Origin: Utricularia gibba | Lineage: Eukaryota; Plantae; Magnoliophyta | Assembly: GCA_002189035.1 (NCBI GenBank) | Contig: CM007990.1 | Span: 1,178,001 to 1,242,000, forward strand | DNA: 64,000 bases | Direction: 5' to 3' | Shown here: piece by piece, positions 23,801 to 35,997 of the stretch | Layout: each line of letters begins with the position of its first letter | How positions within the stretch are numbered: position 1 is the stretch's first letter | Notes under the pieces: model-generated | The model's input: only the letters and a program-made list of their open reading frames with translations | Database searches by the model: none | What the model was told of the DNA's origin: nothing | Program-made: the position numbers and the translations under genes

Positions 23801-24901
23801 TTAGTTTTCAGCAACCTGAAAGGAGCTGTAAGGACCCCTTTCCCTGATTCTCTTGCTCGCACTACATTTTCACGGTCTTCCTGTAAGTACAGTGGATCCA
23901 AGGGAATATATTCAGGAGATCAAAGAAAATCTTGATTCACAAGTGGGTATCAGAACAAGATACCTTTCCAGAGAGAACATCAAAGGAAATAACATGTCCA
24001 ACAGTGTCTTGAGCAAAAATAACAGGAGCATATTCTTCTTGCACAGTAGAAGTCTCAAGGTTTTCTAGATCATGCTCATCTTCATGAACAGGAGTTTGTT
24101 CAAACTTATCCATTCTCTTTATACTCCATCCTTGGTCAGCCTCAAATCGCTCTCTATCACCATGTAGAACCCTGACCGCATAGGCTACACCGCTTGTGAG
24201 AGGTCTTTCAAAGGATGTTTCCTCTGTGTACTTGGCGAAAGTTCTCTACAAGAGATAGTCACAGTGCATCCAACACAGGAGATTAACAATGTTTGCATGG
24301 AAAAGGGTGGATTTTAAACACAGGAAATCAATGCAGCCTCAGTGAAACATGTGCATATTCAGTAAACTGTAGCAAGAATCAACCTCAAAGACACAGTTAC
24401 AAGAGTTTGACAATAGACCCTTTATACCTGATCAATGGCAGAAGGATTCTTCCTATGGTGAAAGATTGAAATCATGACAGACATTGCCTGAATGTGGTTC
24501 ATGCTGACATTAAACTGATCCTGCAACATCCTTGTCCTCTCATCACACATACTTGCAAGTATCTCCCTCCTTTTCTCTGAGGCCAGAGAGCTCATGAACC
24601 AAAAACATGAAACTGAAGCCATGAAACCGAATAGTAACCATGCAATCAAAGCAATTCTCCACCAGTTCATCCTCACTCTGACTGACCCAATATACTGGAA
24701 AGAGTTATTATGAATCCTAGAAGCAATATCTATAATCTGATCCGATACTTGTAACCACATTTTCCGTTCTCCCCCCTTCATGTTCAAGACCCCTCCATGA
24801 TTCAACCAAGCCAATAGAATCAATGAGAAAAACCGGTAACACAGCGAGATAAAGAGACTGGCCACCTTCGGTCCAAAGCAAATTACATGAAGTAAACTCA
24901 T
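20864..24901 (-). CDS. AHK3: Cytokinin receptor histidine kinase (CHASE, HisKA, HATPase, receiver domains), AHK3 type, multi-exon
   Basis: N-terminus [13 protein letters not shown] and C-terminus [16 protein letters not shown] match the AHK3 subtype as recalled. Also [34 protein letters not shown] (His box), [18 protein letters not shown] and [12 protein letters not shown]. Confidence 0.93.
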
Positions 24902-26815
24902 TTAAACCAAGAAGGAACTTCTGTAACTCCACCACAAGCTTTCAGTTGCTTGCTATATATTGGAGTTTACTGCTACAAACTCTACAGTAGCCTTGCAGCT
25001 GAAACTCCGCCCATTTCCCAGTTGCTTTAGGTTTCGGAAACCCGGACAATAATGCCGTTGCCCGAGTAAAATTGCTTCAGACTCACGTCTGGGTGACCAA
25101 GGAACGTGGGCGCGCAGAACAATTTCTCAAACAACGAGAGAGAAAGAAAACAAAGGGCTTCAAGATTCCAACATTTTTTTGAAACAAGGGAGAACAATAT
25201 GATAAAACTAGGAGACAAATGCGCTCCAAAAGCAACTAAACACCATTCTCGGCAACAGCATGAAGAATCAGCATCCCCTCCAAAGAACGAATCTGCAGCA
25301 AACACTGTACTTGAAACAGCGTTTCAAGTTCAAATTCCTCAAAATAAGCAGGAAATATGAAATGGGATTACTGAGAGGGACACTTCAGACATGGGACAAC
25401 TCGTACCCAGACGTGAGTTAAGTAACTAGACTCGAAAGATTGATCGCAACAGTTGATAAAGTAGCTACCAAGAGGGCTAAAAAAAAGTAGCTTGGGAATA
25501 AAAATATAAACTTGGGATTCATATGGACGCTATACAACAAGAATCAGGGAAAGCAAGACGATAGGAATACGGTGGTGGTGACAAAAGGTCTGCACCCCCC
25601 TGCCCCTGCTCTGCCACCATTATCTCTGACTAACGCATTTCATCCATTCACCAATTCTATCTATCTTCAATCTCTATCTCCTACACAAAGATCTGCACAA
25701 TTGAGGAAACAGTGCAGTTTGTTTCTACTATCCCAACTCCTTTAGTAACTTCATTGACAAACAAGCATCATACTGGTAGAAAAACAGGATCAATAATTCT
25801 TGCTGAGAGCGCAAAAAAGGTATATTCCCCCACCAACACTCCGATAAAATCACACCACTGGCTTTCCTCTGATGGGGTTGCTCCCCACGTCCTCCACCTC
25901 AATAATCACAACTTTTTGGTTATCCTTTTGAGTTACCACCCATTGGTTAAAAGCTAGATCTCTGAGTCAGCCACCGTTAAGTTTCAGTGCAAGTTCAAGT
26001 ACTGTTATCATTTTCAGTTCGGGAGACACGTTACTATGCACAACAACACAAAGCTTTCTTTTTTATTTCCTTGTGTGTGTAGGTGTCTCCTGAAAACATG
26101 CTTACTGTTCACAGAAAATGCACACCACCATCAAAGATTATGCCTTTTGCATGATGGCATTTAGTGTAAGCATCCAACAAACCAGCTTCATCTCTCCTGT
26201 GATTGGTGCAGTAGGGCCAACTGCCATAATCTTGTCTACGACTCCTTCAAAGCTTACTTATGTGCGACCAGGTGTAACCCATTCATAATCCTTGCTCAAA
26301 TACAACCTTTTTGGAGCTGGTTTCGCAAAAAAACATGTGCAAAGCTAACGCCATCACTGCTTACACAAAAATGCGCAGATGGGTTGTAAGCCTTACTTTA
26401 TCTTTTTCTTTATACCAAGAAACACAGAAAATGCATATTTGATGTCCGCAAAGACCACCGACGATGGCAAATGAGATATTATCCTCTCCTCTAGGGTATA
26501 ACCGTCGGAAAAATGTTAATGGACGACGGATGGCCTCTGCAAAGGTGACAGCCCATGAATCCGTGGCATCTTCATACGTCGTTTCCTGTTCTGGAAAACT
26601 CACGATCATCGTTGTACTCTGCTTTTTTTTTGTATGGAGTGGTTCATTGGGAATTTCTGTGTAGATAAATTTAATTATTTATAAATGTCAAAATCCATTT
26701 TATTTTATAATATTATATATTATAAAAATTTTACGATTTTACATTATTCTATTTTAAGAAAATGGGATGAATACATAGAGTTTTAATCAGGATTTTCTGA
26801 GAATAAAATCATTTG

Positions 26816-27077
26816 ATAGTGTTTGAATTAATAATATTTAAAGTAAAAATTATAATTATACCATGTTTATTTCATAAATTTAAATAAGATCGATATTAAT
26901 AATTTTATTTAAAATCATATTTATCCTTTATTTTACATAAAACGAATTGTTTCATATAAAAATCTAAGTCTAATCCCACTAACTAATACAATATATAAAA
27001 AAAACGAATATCTTTACATCATCTTTATTTAAATCCAACAAAATTAAATTATCTTAATTTCGTCAATCAAACACTAT
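26816..27077. mobile_element. Putative AT-rich MITE-like element
   Basis: Perfect 11-bp terminal inverted repeat ATAGTGTTTGA (26816) / TCAAACACTAT (27067-27077) around a non-coding AT-rich interior; no clean TSD. Confidence 0.4.
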
Positions 27078-27550
27078 TTTAATGATTGGATTGATGGTAA
27101 CATCATCTAAAGGGAATGAGGAATCTTGAAATTTGGTATTAAATCCAAATCAAGGGCACCAATCTTAGTGGCATGATTTTTAATAAATATTCATACAAAA
27201 TGCATGATTAACTTGTGTGAAATTGCAACTTTATAACTATGCCTATAATTGAATTGTTTAAGATATGCTTAATACAAATTTAAGAAATAATTCCAAATAA
27301 ATAATTCCTAAATATTCATAATTTAGAAGTGCTTTAAAAAGCCTTGAAGCTAATGACATTATACTTCAAAAAAAGAACATTTCAAAATTGTTGATTTTTT
27401 TTGAAGTGTTTTTCACATACATATATATATATATATATTTATTTATTTATTTATAATATAAAAAATATTTTTATAGATTTTTTAGAAATGTATACCACCC
27501 ATCAAACTTTAAAAAACAAAGAGGAACCCCATGCTAATATTTGCGTTATA

Positions 27551-28508
27551 GTGATAACCAAGTGATGAATTCAAATGTATGGGACATTTGAACTAAAGTA
27601 ATAAACTATGGTAATCAATCCATATTTTGATTATTTCAAACGTGAACATGAACTTATGTCAAATTAGTTTGTATTATATTGGGACAACTAATTGATAACC
27701 AAGTGATGAATTCAAATGTATGGGACATTTGAACTAAAGTAATGAACTATGGTAACCAATCCATATTTTGATTATTTCAAACGTGAACATGAACTTATGT
27801 AGAGCAAGTTTGCATTATATTGGGATAATTAAGTGATAACCAAGTGATAAATTCAAAATGAATGGTACATTTGAACTAAAGGAATGAGGTATGGTAATCA
27901 ATATATATTTTGATTATTTCAAACTCGAGCACGAATTTATGTAAAACTAGTTTGCATTATATTGGGACAACTAATTGATAACCAAGTGATGAATTCAAAT
28001 GTATGTAACATTTGAACTAAAGAAATGAACTATGGTAATCAATCTATATTTTGATTATTTCAAACTCGAGCACGAACTTATGTCAAATTAGTTTGTATTA
28101 TATTGGGACAACTATTTGATAACCAAGTGATGAATTCAAATGTATGCAACATTTGAACTAAAGAAATGAGCTATAGTAATCAATATATATTTTGATTATT
28201 TCAAACTCGATCACGAATTTATGTAGAGCTAGTTTGCATTATTTTGGGATAATCAAGTGATAAATTCAAAATGAATGGTACATTTGAACTAAAGGAATGA
28301 GATGCTGCAATCAATCCATATTTTGATTATTTTGAACTCGAGTATGAATTTATATCGAGCTAATTTGTATTATAGGACAATCAAGTGATAAGCAAGTGAC
28401 AAATTCAAATGAATGGGACATTTGAACTAAAGAAATAAGGTACTTCAACCAATCCATATTTCAATAATTTCGAACTTGAGCAGTAACTTATGTGGAGCTA
28501 ATTTGCAG
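27551..28508. repeat. Satellite-like tandem array, ~7 units of ~141 bp, with trimeric higher-order structure
   Basis: The unit anchor GATAA(C/G)CAAGTGA occurs at 27553, 27694, 27835, 27977, 28118 and 28387; the sixth unit has a short deletion. Periods are 141-142 bp. Confidence 0.96.
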
Positions 28509-29906
28509 CCCTAATTTGGAACCATGTTTAACGTTCCATTATTAGCCGACTTCAAACTTGCGTGTCCATGAAAGGGGAGCGAGAGAGAGTGGGCGGGCCA
28601 AGACGTGGCCCAAAGCCCACACAAAATCCAGATATTTGGAATCTTGATTGGATGGCCGGTGAAGAAGGGGAAGCTTCTCCGACCGCCGGAACCAAGTTCA
28701 GTTTTGTTGGTACGTTACGAAAGATCCATTTCAACAGAAAAAATATTCCTTTTGCTGGAAAAGAACGCTTTGTGTAGCTTGTAAGTATGTGGCCTCTTGA
28801 TTGGTCAGGGATGCCGTTCATGTTGCTTGTCTTAAAAGTCCATGGGGATCGATCGTACACGACAGATCCATTGCTTTTGTGGGTTTTCTGGAAACCAATC
28901 ATGTTATCCTGGAAATGGAGAGAAAAAAACACGTTCTTGGAGTCTTTGAGTACAAGCATTTCATCGGTTGAAACAAGCAGTCCCCTCCACCCATCTGCTC
29001 TTGATTAGACGACGACACTCCACAATCACTTCTCCTAGTAAAAGCTTGAATACGACATTGGCTTACTGTATTCAATGGTAAATACATAATCCAGACGGAT
29101 TTTCCGGACACTAGCAATTGAGTGGCGGGCTGCTGTCTGTCTTCCCTGACCCAATTCTCCGTACATCCATCCATCCTCAATAATGGAACGAACCCATCTT
29201 TCCTTGTCGTATTCCTCTTGACGCCGATGGGGTACATTTTCCCCGCTTGACTTGACTGTGAGCTGTAGATAATTCAGACGTTTCACCATTCTTCATAGCT
29301 CACAAGTTTCGCAGAGTGAACCACAACAAACATCGTTTCAGCAATAACTTCATCGTGGGTGAAGGCATTTGCTTCACTACTTTGACGAATGGCTCGAGCT
29401 TGCTTTTGCTTTCGTTGTACATTTTCTCTTTGAAAAATGTGTCTCTCCTTCTGGGGTGTGTGGACCCTATACAGACACTCCGCTACTCACGTCGTTTTCT
29501 CATAAATCTCCCTTAACTTCCCCATCCCCTTTGTGTGTGGATTGTGGTTCTCACTTCAGACGAGTGACAGCTTTACAAGGAGAAGGCTGTTAGTTTTTGA
29601 AATCCACTCACATCATCTTCAGCAGCAGATGGGTTTTTGTGATTGAGGATTGTAATGTATGGAATGGCTTTCTTGGTTCACTGCCCAAAGGGTGGTTGAT
29701 TTTGTATCGTTTGGAAAAGATTCTGTACTTGTGCCTTCTGCTGCTGCTGTTTTTTTTTTTTTTATTCTGTGTTAGATGTATCTTGGTAATGTCTTTTTCC
29801 TCCACCTAGAGCTTCTTTTTACTGATGGAAGTGTTGTTCCTCAAAGACGCCTTTTTGAAACCTCCAATGGCGTACTTTTGATTACATTTGTCTGTTTGCC
29901 GAGGAA

Positions 29907-32139
29907 ATGTGGCTGCCTTTTGTGGTCTTTCTTGAGCTGGGCTTACTTCTGGCGAGTTCTGTGACTTGTTTAACTATAGATGGACTCTCATTACTCTCCC
30001 TGAAATCTGCCGTAGACGGCGGTTCCGCTGCCATCTCTGCTTTCTCCAATTGGAACGACGGTGATGAGACGCCGTGTAATTGGTCGGGGATAGAGTGTTC
30101 GAATATTCCCGGGTTAGATGAACCCCGTGTCGTGAGGGTATCGGTGGCCGGAAGAAACCTTCGAGGGTACATTCCATCGGAGCTAGGCGAGCTTTCATAT
30201 CTCCGGCAACTGAACTTACATGGGAATAACTTCTATGGTTCTATCCCTGCTCAGCTTTTCAATGCTTCCTCACTGCACACTCTTTTCCTCAATAGTAATA
30301 ATCTCTCTGGTCCATTACCACCTTCTTTGTGCACTCATGTTCGCGTCGAAAATGTCGATTTTAGTAACAATTCGCTTTCCGGCCCATTGCCGGAGTTCCT
30401 CCGCAACTGCACCGAGCTGAGGAGGCTGATTCTCGCCAGAAACAAGTTTTCCGGCGAGATTGCAGATAATATTTTCCCTGGTTTGGCTAACTTAGAGCAG
30501 CTTGATTTATCTGTAAATATGTTCAGTGGCCCAATCCCTGTTGATATTGGAGAGCTGAAATCAATTACAGGGACACTGAATCTGTCTTTCAATCATTTCA
30601 CCGGAAATATCCCAGAAACCTTGACCAACTTGCCACTTACAGCGAGGTTTGATCTCAGGAACAACGATCTGAAAGGTGAGATACCAAGATCAGGATCTTT
30701 TGCAAACCAGGGTCCATCTGCATTCTTGAACAACCCTGACCTTTGTGGCTTTCCCCTGCAAACTAGATGTAAGAATGATTCGGATTTCAAATCAACCACA
30801 CCAGATGCCTCGGGAAACAATGGTGTTCATCGGAAGAAAGGGATGAATCCGGGCTTGATAATACTGATCACAGTTGCTGATGCTGCAGCAGTGGCATTTG
30901 TAGGAATGGTGATAGTTTATGTCTACTGGAAGAAGAAGGATTCTCATGGATGTAGCTGCACTAGGACGGCAAGGCTGGGAGGGTCGGGGAAGGTTCACAA
31001 TGGATGTGTATTCCCATGTATGAGTACTCATTCCTTCAACGATTCTGAGATGGAAATGGAGATGGAGTCCGAGAAAAGCGGAGGCTGTACCAGCCGGGGT
31101 ACTAGCTGTGGAGAAGGGGAACTTGTTGCTGTTGATAAAGGTTTCAGCTTTGAGTTGGATGAGTTACTTAGAGCATCAGCTTATGTTTTGGGAAAGAGTG
31201 GAATCGGCATAGTGTACAAGGTGGTGCTTGGAAATGGAGTTCCGGTGGCTGTGAGGCGTCTCGGAGAAGGTGGCCAACAGAGGTATAAAGACTTTGTTTC
31301 AGAGATTCAGGTCATCGCACGAGTGAAGCATCCAAACATTGTGAAGCTTAGAGCTTACTACTGGGCGCCAGATGAAAAGCTTCTGATCAGTGATTACATC
31401 TCTAATGGGAATTTGGCTTCAGCTCTTCGTGGTGAGTAGATAGTTTTCTTCGTTTATGTCTCACCAAGATTGCTGCTTTCTGAATTGAAAAGGTGATCGT
31501 GTGTTTGTGAGTACAGGTAACGAAAACCAGATGTTGTCATGGAGAACAAGGCTGAAGATTGCGAAGGGAGTGGCACGGGGATTGGTTTACCTCCATGAAT
31601 GGAGCTCTCACAAGTTCATCCATGGAGATATAAAGCCCACCAACATTCTCCTTGATGATGAATTCCGGCCATATATCTCCGATTTCGGCCTCAAACGCCT
31701 CGTAAACATCACCGGAAATAATCCTTCTCCCGGTGGGCTACTACCGTATGTCAAAACATCGCAACCGGAGAAACCGAATCACTACCGTGCGCCAGAAGCG
31801 ATGATTTCTGGAGCTCGGCCTACGCAGAAATGGGACGTATACTCATTTGGAGTGGTTCTGCTTGAAATGTTGACCGGGAAGTCGCCGGAGCTTTCACCGC
31901 CGACAACCTCCACCGCAACGGAGGTACGCGATCTCGTGGGGTGGGTCAAGAGAGGTTTTACACAAGAAAGCCCCCTGTCCGAAATGGTTGATCCTCTACT
32001 GCTACAGGAAGTTTATGCAAAGAAAGAAATTCTTTCCGTGTTTCACATAGCGTTGGCTTGCACAGAAACGGATCCTGAAATCAGACCAAGGATAAGGATT
32101 GTATCTGAAAATCTTGATAGAGTTGGCATGCAGAGCTAG
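29907..32139 (+). CDS. LRR receptor-like kinase (LRR-III, At1g67510/ZAR1-like), 2 exons (29907-31431, 31517-32139)
   Basis: Signal peptide, LRRNT (WNDGDETPCNWSGIEC), LRRs, TM helix, FELDELLRASAYVLGKSG, VAVRRL, HGDIKPTNILL, SDFG. Confidence 0.95.
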
Positions 32140-32251
32140 AGCTATTCGAGAGACTCCGCCATGGATGAAACTTGTATTGTCCTCTGTTATCATATAAACT
32201 GGTGTCTTGTTCGTTCTTGAACTCATTTCGATAAAACTAACCAAAAGTTGA

Positions 32252-33877
32252 ATGCTTTCGTCTTCAGCAAGCGTCCACAACCGAGTACTTGCGATCATCG
32301 ACAAATGTTTCACCGTGGAACATCTGAAACAGCTACACGCGAATCTCGTAACGTTGGGTTTGGGGAACACCCATTTCTTTGTCTTCAAGCTGATTCGTTG
32401 TTGCACCGTTCGTCTCGGCAGCATTGAACATGCACGCCATCTGTTCGATAAATTTACAGATCCCAATGTTTATATGTATCACGCGGTAATATCTTGGTAT
32501 GCGAAGGTTTCTGATTACGAATCTGCTGTGGTTCTTTACCGTGATATGGTTCGTGAAAATCGTGCAAAGCCGAATCAGTTTATCTTCTCTATTGTTTTGA
32601 AGGCGTGGCCTGAACTTTTGAGGAGTTATGGTGCAGATTTGGTGCATGCGCAGATAGTGAAGATGGGTTACGGTGGAGATCAAGCCGTGCAAACGGCCAT
32701 TTTGGATGCCTATTCAAGGTACGTGGCTGATGTTAGTGTAGCACGGAAGGTGTTCGATGAAATGCCCAATAGAAGTGTACGATTATGGACAGCCATGATA
32801 TCGGGGTACGCGAGAACTGGGCAATTGGAAAATGCAGTCTTGTTGTTTGATGAAATGCCTAAGGATATTAGAGATACGCCGTCGTGGAATAGTATTATTT
32901 CAGGATGTGCCCAAAATGGATTGTTTTCGGAGGCTGTTGAGTTTTTCAGGAGAATGGTGGTTGACGAAAGAATAGGGACAGGAAATAGGCCTAATCAAGG
33001 TACATTTGTGAGTGTTCTTTCTGCCTTGGGGAATTCAGGAATGTTAGCTTTAGGTAAGAGCATTCACGGTTATGTATACAGAAACGGAATCAGCTTCGAT
33101 TTATTTGTGTTAAATGGTTTGATTGATATGTATGGAAAATGTGGAAATTTTGAGTATTCAAGAACCGTTTTTGATACATGCCTAGTGAAAAATGAAACAA
33201 CTTGGAATTCCTTGATTAATTGTTATGCACTACATGGTAGAACTCGTGAAGCCATCGCTTGTTTTCAAGATATGCAGAAAGAGGGTGAAGTGAGGCCTGA
33301 TACAGTGACTTTTATTGGTCTGCTGAGTGCTTGTGTTCATGGTGAACATCTTACTGAGGGTTGTGGTTATTTTGATGTGATGACTAAGGAATATGGAATT
33401 GAGCCAGAGATTGAACACTATGGGTGTTTGATAGACATGCTTTGCCGTTCAGGACGTTTTCAGGAAGCGATGGAGATTCTCACGGTGATGAGAAGTTCAC
33501 CTGATGAAGTTATATGGGGTTCTTTGCTTCATGGGTGTAAGATGCATAGAGGCACAGGGTTGGCTAAATTGGCTGTTGAGAAGCTGATTGAGATCAATCC
33601 CAGGAATGGTGGGTATAAAGCGATACTGGCCAATTTGTATGGGGAAATGGGAAGTTGGGAGTGCGTGCAAAAGATAAGAGTGGCAATGTCTGAAGGGAAT
33701 GACTACAAAGCTCTTGGTTGTAGCTGGATAGAAGTTGAAAGCCAAGTTCATAGGTTTCATTCTGTGGATAAATCGCACAGTAGAGCTTACGATATATACG
33801 CCATTTTGGAGTCCCTTGTTGACACTTGCAAGCTGCAGTATGCCTCATTCCATGCAGTAGAACTCTTGGCAGTGTGA
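32252..33877 (+). CDS. PLS-class pentatricopeptide repeat protein, E subgroup, intronless, 541 aa
   Basis: Repeated PPR motifs (VFDEMP..WTAMISGY; LIDMYGKCG; EHYGCLIDMLCRSG) and E-domain GCSWIEV. Confidence 0.95.
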   Translation: MLSSSASVHNRVLAIIDKCFTVEHLKQLHANLVTLGLGNTHFFVFKLIRCCTVRLGSIEHARHLFDKFTDPNVYMYHAVISWYAKVSDYESAVVLYRDMVRENRAKPNQFIFSIVLKAWPELLRSYGADLVHAQIVKMGYGGDQAVQTAILDAYSRYVADVSVARKVFDEMPNRSVRLWTAMISGYARTGQLENAVLLFDEMPKDIRDTPSWNSIISGCAQNGLFSEAVEFFRRMVVDERIGTGNRPNQGTFVSVLSALGNSGMLALGKSIHGYVYRNGISFDLFVLNGLIDMYGKCGNFEYSRTVFDTCLVKNETTWNSLINCYALHGRTREAIACFQDMQKEGEVRPDTVTFIGLLSACVHGEHLTEGCGYFDVMTKEYGIEPEIEHYGCLIDMLCRSGRFQEAMEILTVMRSSPDEVIWGSLLHGCKMHRGTGLAKLAVEKLIEINPRNGGYKAILANLYGEMGSWECVQKIRVAMSEGNDYKALGCSWIEVESQVHRFHSVDKSHSRAYDIYAILESLVDTCKLQYASFHAVELLAV

Positions 33878-34048
33878 TCTTTCTGCGGTTTTTACGAGTT
33901 ACAAAGCATCATCAATCATCGGGTGCTACTTTTTAACTGGGGTATTAAGAGAAGAAAACTAAAATGATCAGCTCAATTAGGAGGGTTTTGACATTATCTT
34001 GAAGTTAGAATACCCTTACATTTGTAGAACCAAGGAAGAAAAGCATGC

Positions 34049-35997
34049 TCATTTCACTGCAAGAAGATGATGATCCTGGACCTGCTCTTTCGGGGAGTTT
34101 CTGGCGGCAAGTCCTCTGGCTCCGAAGCACATATACGCATTCATCAACCTCTGGTTGAAAGAAGCATGTCTGGACTTGAGCTTTTCCAGGTTAGTGCTGA
34201 ATCTACTCGGTCTATAGGAAACTACAACTGCGTCACAATTTGGAGTCTCTCTGGCTTCATGAATTGGTACAAGGGATGACCAAGAAGACTCGGAACAGGA
34301 GCTGGGACCTCTAACATGTCTGTTTATACTGCAGGGGTTTAGGATGGTGCGTTCCTGCAATGACACTGCTCTTTTGCTTCTTGAGAACTGTTGCCGGAGG
34401 GGAACAGGGCTGCAATATGACAAGCTTCGATGATGACTGTGTGTCAAACTGCGAATAATCTTGAGTCCCATGTCTCTCAATTTGGATGAGTACTTCTGCA
34501 TTTCGGTTGGGGTATTGCCTGCTTCTAGATCATCAGAGAAACAATAATCTGTGCTTGAGAATTCATCTTCCTCAACTCCACTGTGGAAAAGTATTTCTGC
34601 ATCAGGGACTCCGAAGGAAGTCCCTGGGACACTTCCAATTCCACCTCTTCGGTTACAGAAAACAGGAGCATTCCGGGGTTCCCCACCGGAGATCCCTCCG
34701 GCTGCTCTGATCTTCGTAATCAAAATCCTTGATGAAGGTGATATTGGCTGCTGGTTCAGTAGATCAAGTGCAGTGTTTCCATCAGAATCACAGGCATTCA
34801 AATCTATGTAAGGGACTGAAAGAATCAGCTCCACAAGCTCAGTCTGAATATTCTCCAGTATAGCACAGTGAAGAGGTGTTCTCCCCTCATTGTTCTGGAC
34901 ATTGATCATGTCTTGAACTCGGAAAACACTACCAGAAACAAGGCGTTTCATAAAATCAATCTGCCGATCCATGAATCTAAAGCTTTGAGATCTGAATCCA
35001 GAGATGGCCATGTGAAGAAAAGTGTCGCCATTGTTGTTGGTTGCTGATGCAGGAAGAGAAACAGATACAAGAAACTCTAAAACTGATAGTTGCCCATGAA
35101 ATGCTGCTATGTGCATAGCTGTGTTTCCCAGATCATCCACACAGTTTACAGTCTCGAAAGATGAGACTAACTTCTTAACGACCTGCGTTCATATTCCAAG
35201 ATCAGTGCATCATATCTCAGAAACATTCTCAAAAACTCAGGTAAAGAGAAGTAGCATGTGTTCATCTCTCATTGGCAGATTGGAGCTAGAAGATGAATCA
35301 CCTCGACTCGTCCGGCGGCGGCGGCGGCGGTGTGGAGCACGGTGGATCCCTGAGCATCTCTGTAGTCCGACAAATCAGAGCTATCATCACTGCCCAAAAT
35401 CGCCATCAGAATCTCCCAACAGCCGCCTCTCGCCGCGGCGTGAACCGCCCTGTTCACCATTTCACGCCGGAAAACCGGTGAAGCCTCCTCCTGCTGCTTC
35501 TTCCCCTTGACCGATACGGCGGAATCGAACAGTAACCGGAAAACCCCACAATCCTTGCTTCTGGCCGCTGCGTACAAGATATCGGTAACCCCATATTCCC
35601 CTCCACCGAACACCAAAAGGGAGTCCCTACCCAACAACTCCCTCACAAAACACGCATCGCCGGCGGAAGCGGCGCAGTATAAAAGCCAGCCGCCGTACCC
35701 CGCCCGGATCAGAGAATTATACCCTCTATCCCTATCGCATTCCCGCATAAGTCTCTCCGCCACGAGGGATCTGCATTTGGAAACTCTGCTATCGAATCCA
35801 GATTCCTCGTCCCACGCCGCCTCCAGTCGCCGGATCCTCGCGAGAGATGTCAGTTTGATGAGGAGATGATTGTCCAGAAGAATGAGGTATTTCACCAACT
35901 CATAATGCCCATTCGAGGACGCACAATCGATCGGAGAAGCGAACCACCATTGTTCTCCGGTAGTCTCCCATCTCAAACGGAAAAACCCAGAATCCAT
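34049..35997 (-). CDS. Plant ankyrin-repeat protein (At3g04140/At5g14230-like), 2 exons (35997-35302, 35182-34049)
   Basis: Family N-terminus RLRWETTGEQWWFASPID..LLIKLTSLARIRRLE; ankyrin repeats (RAVHAAARGG, GNTAMHIAA, GRTPLH); C-terminal LMNAYMCFGA. Confidence 0.92.

Noticed and set aside
27551-28508. CRISPR-like reading of the palindromic repeat array
   Set aside because: Eukaryotic intron-containing context, no cas genes, and the sequence between palindromes is itself repeated rather than unique spacers.
31248-31262. VAVRRL instead of VAVK in the RLK as a lineage-specific inactivation
   Set aside because: As recalled, this substitution is normal for this LRR-III subfamily.
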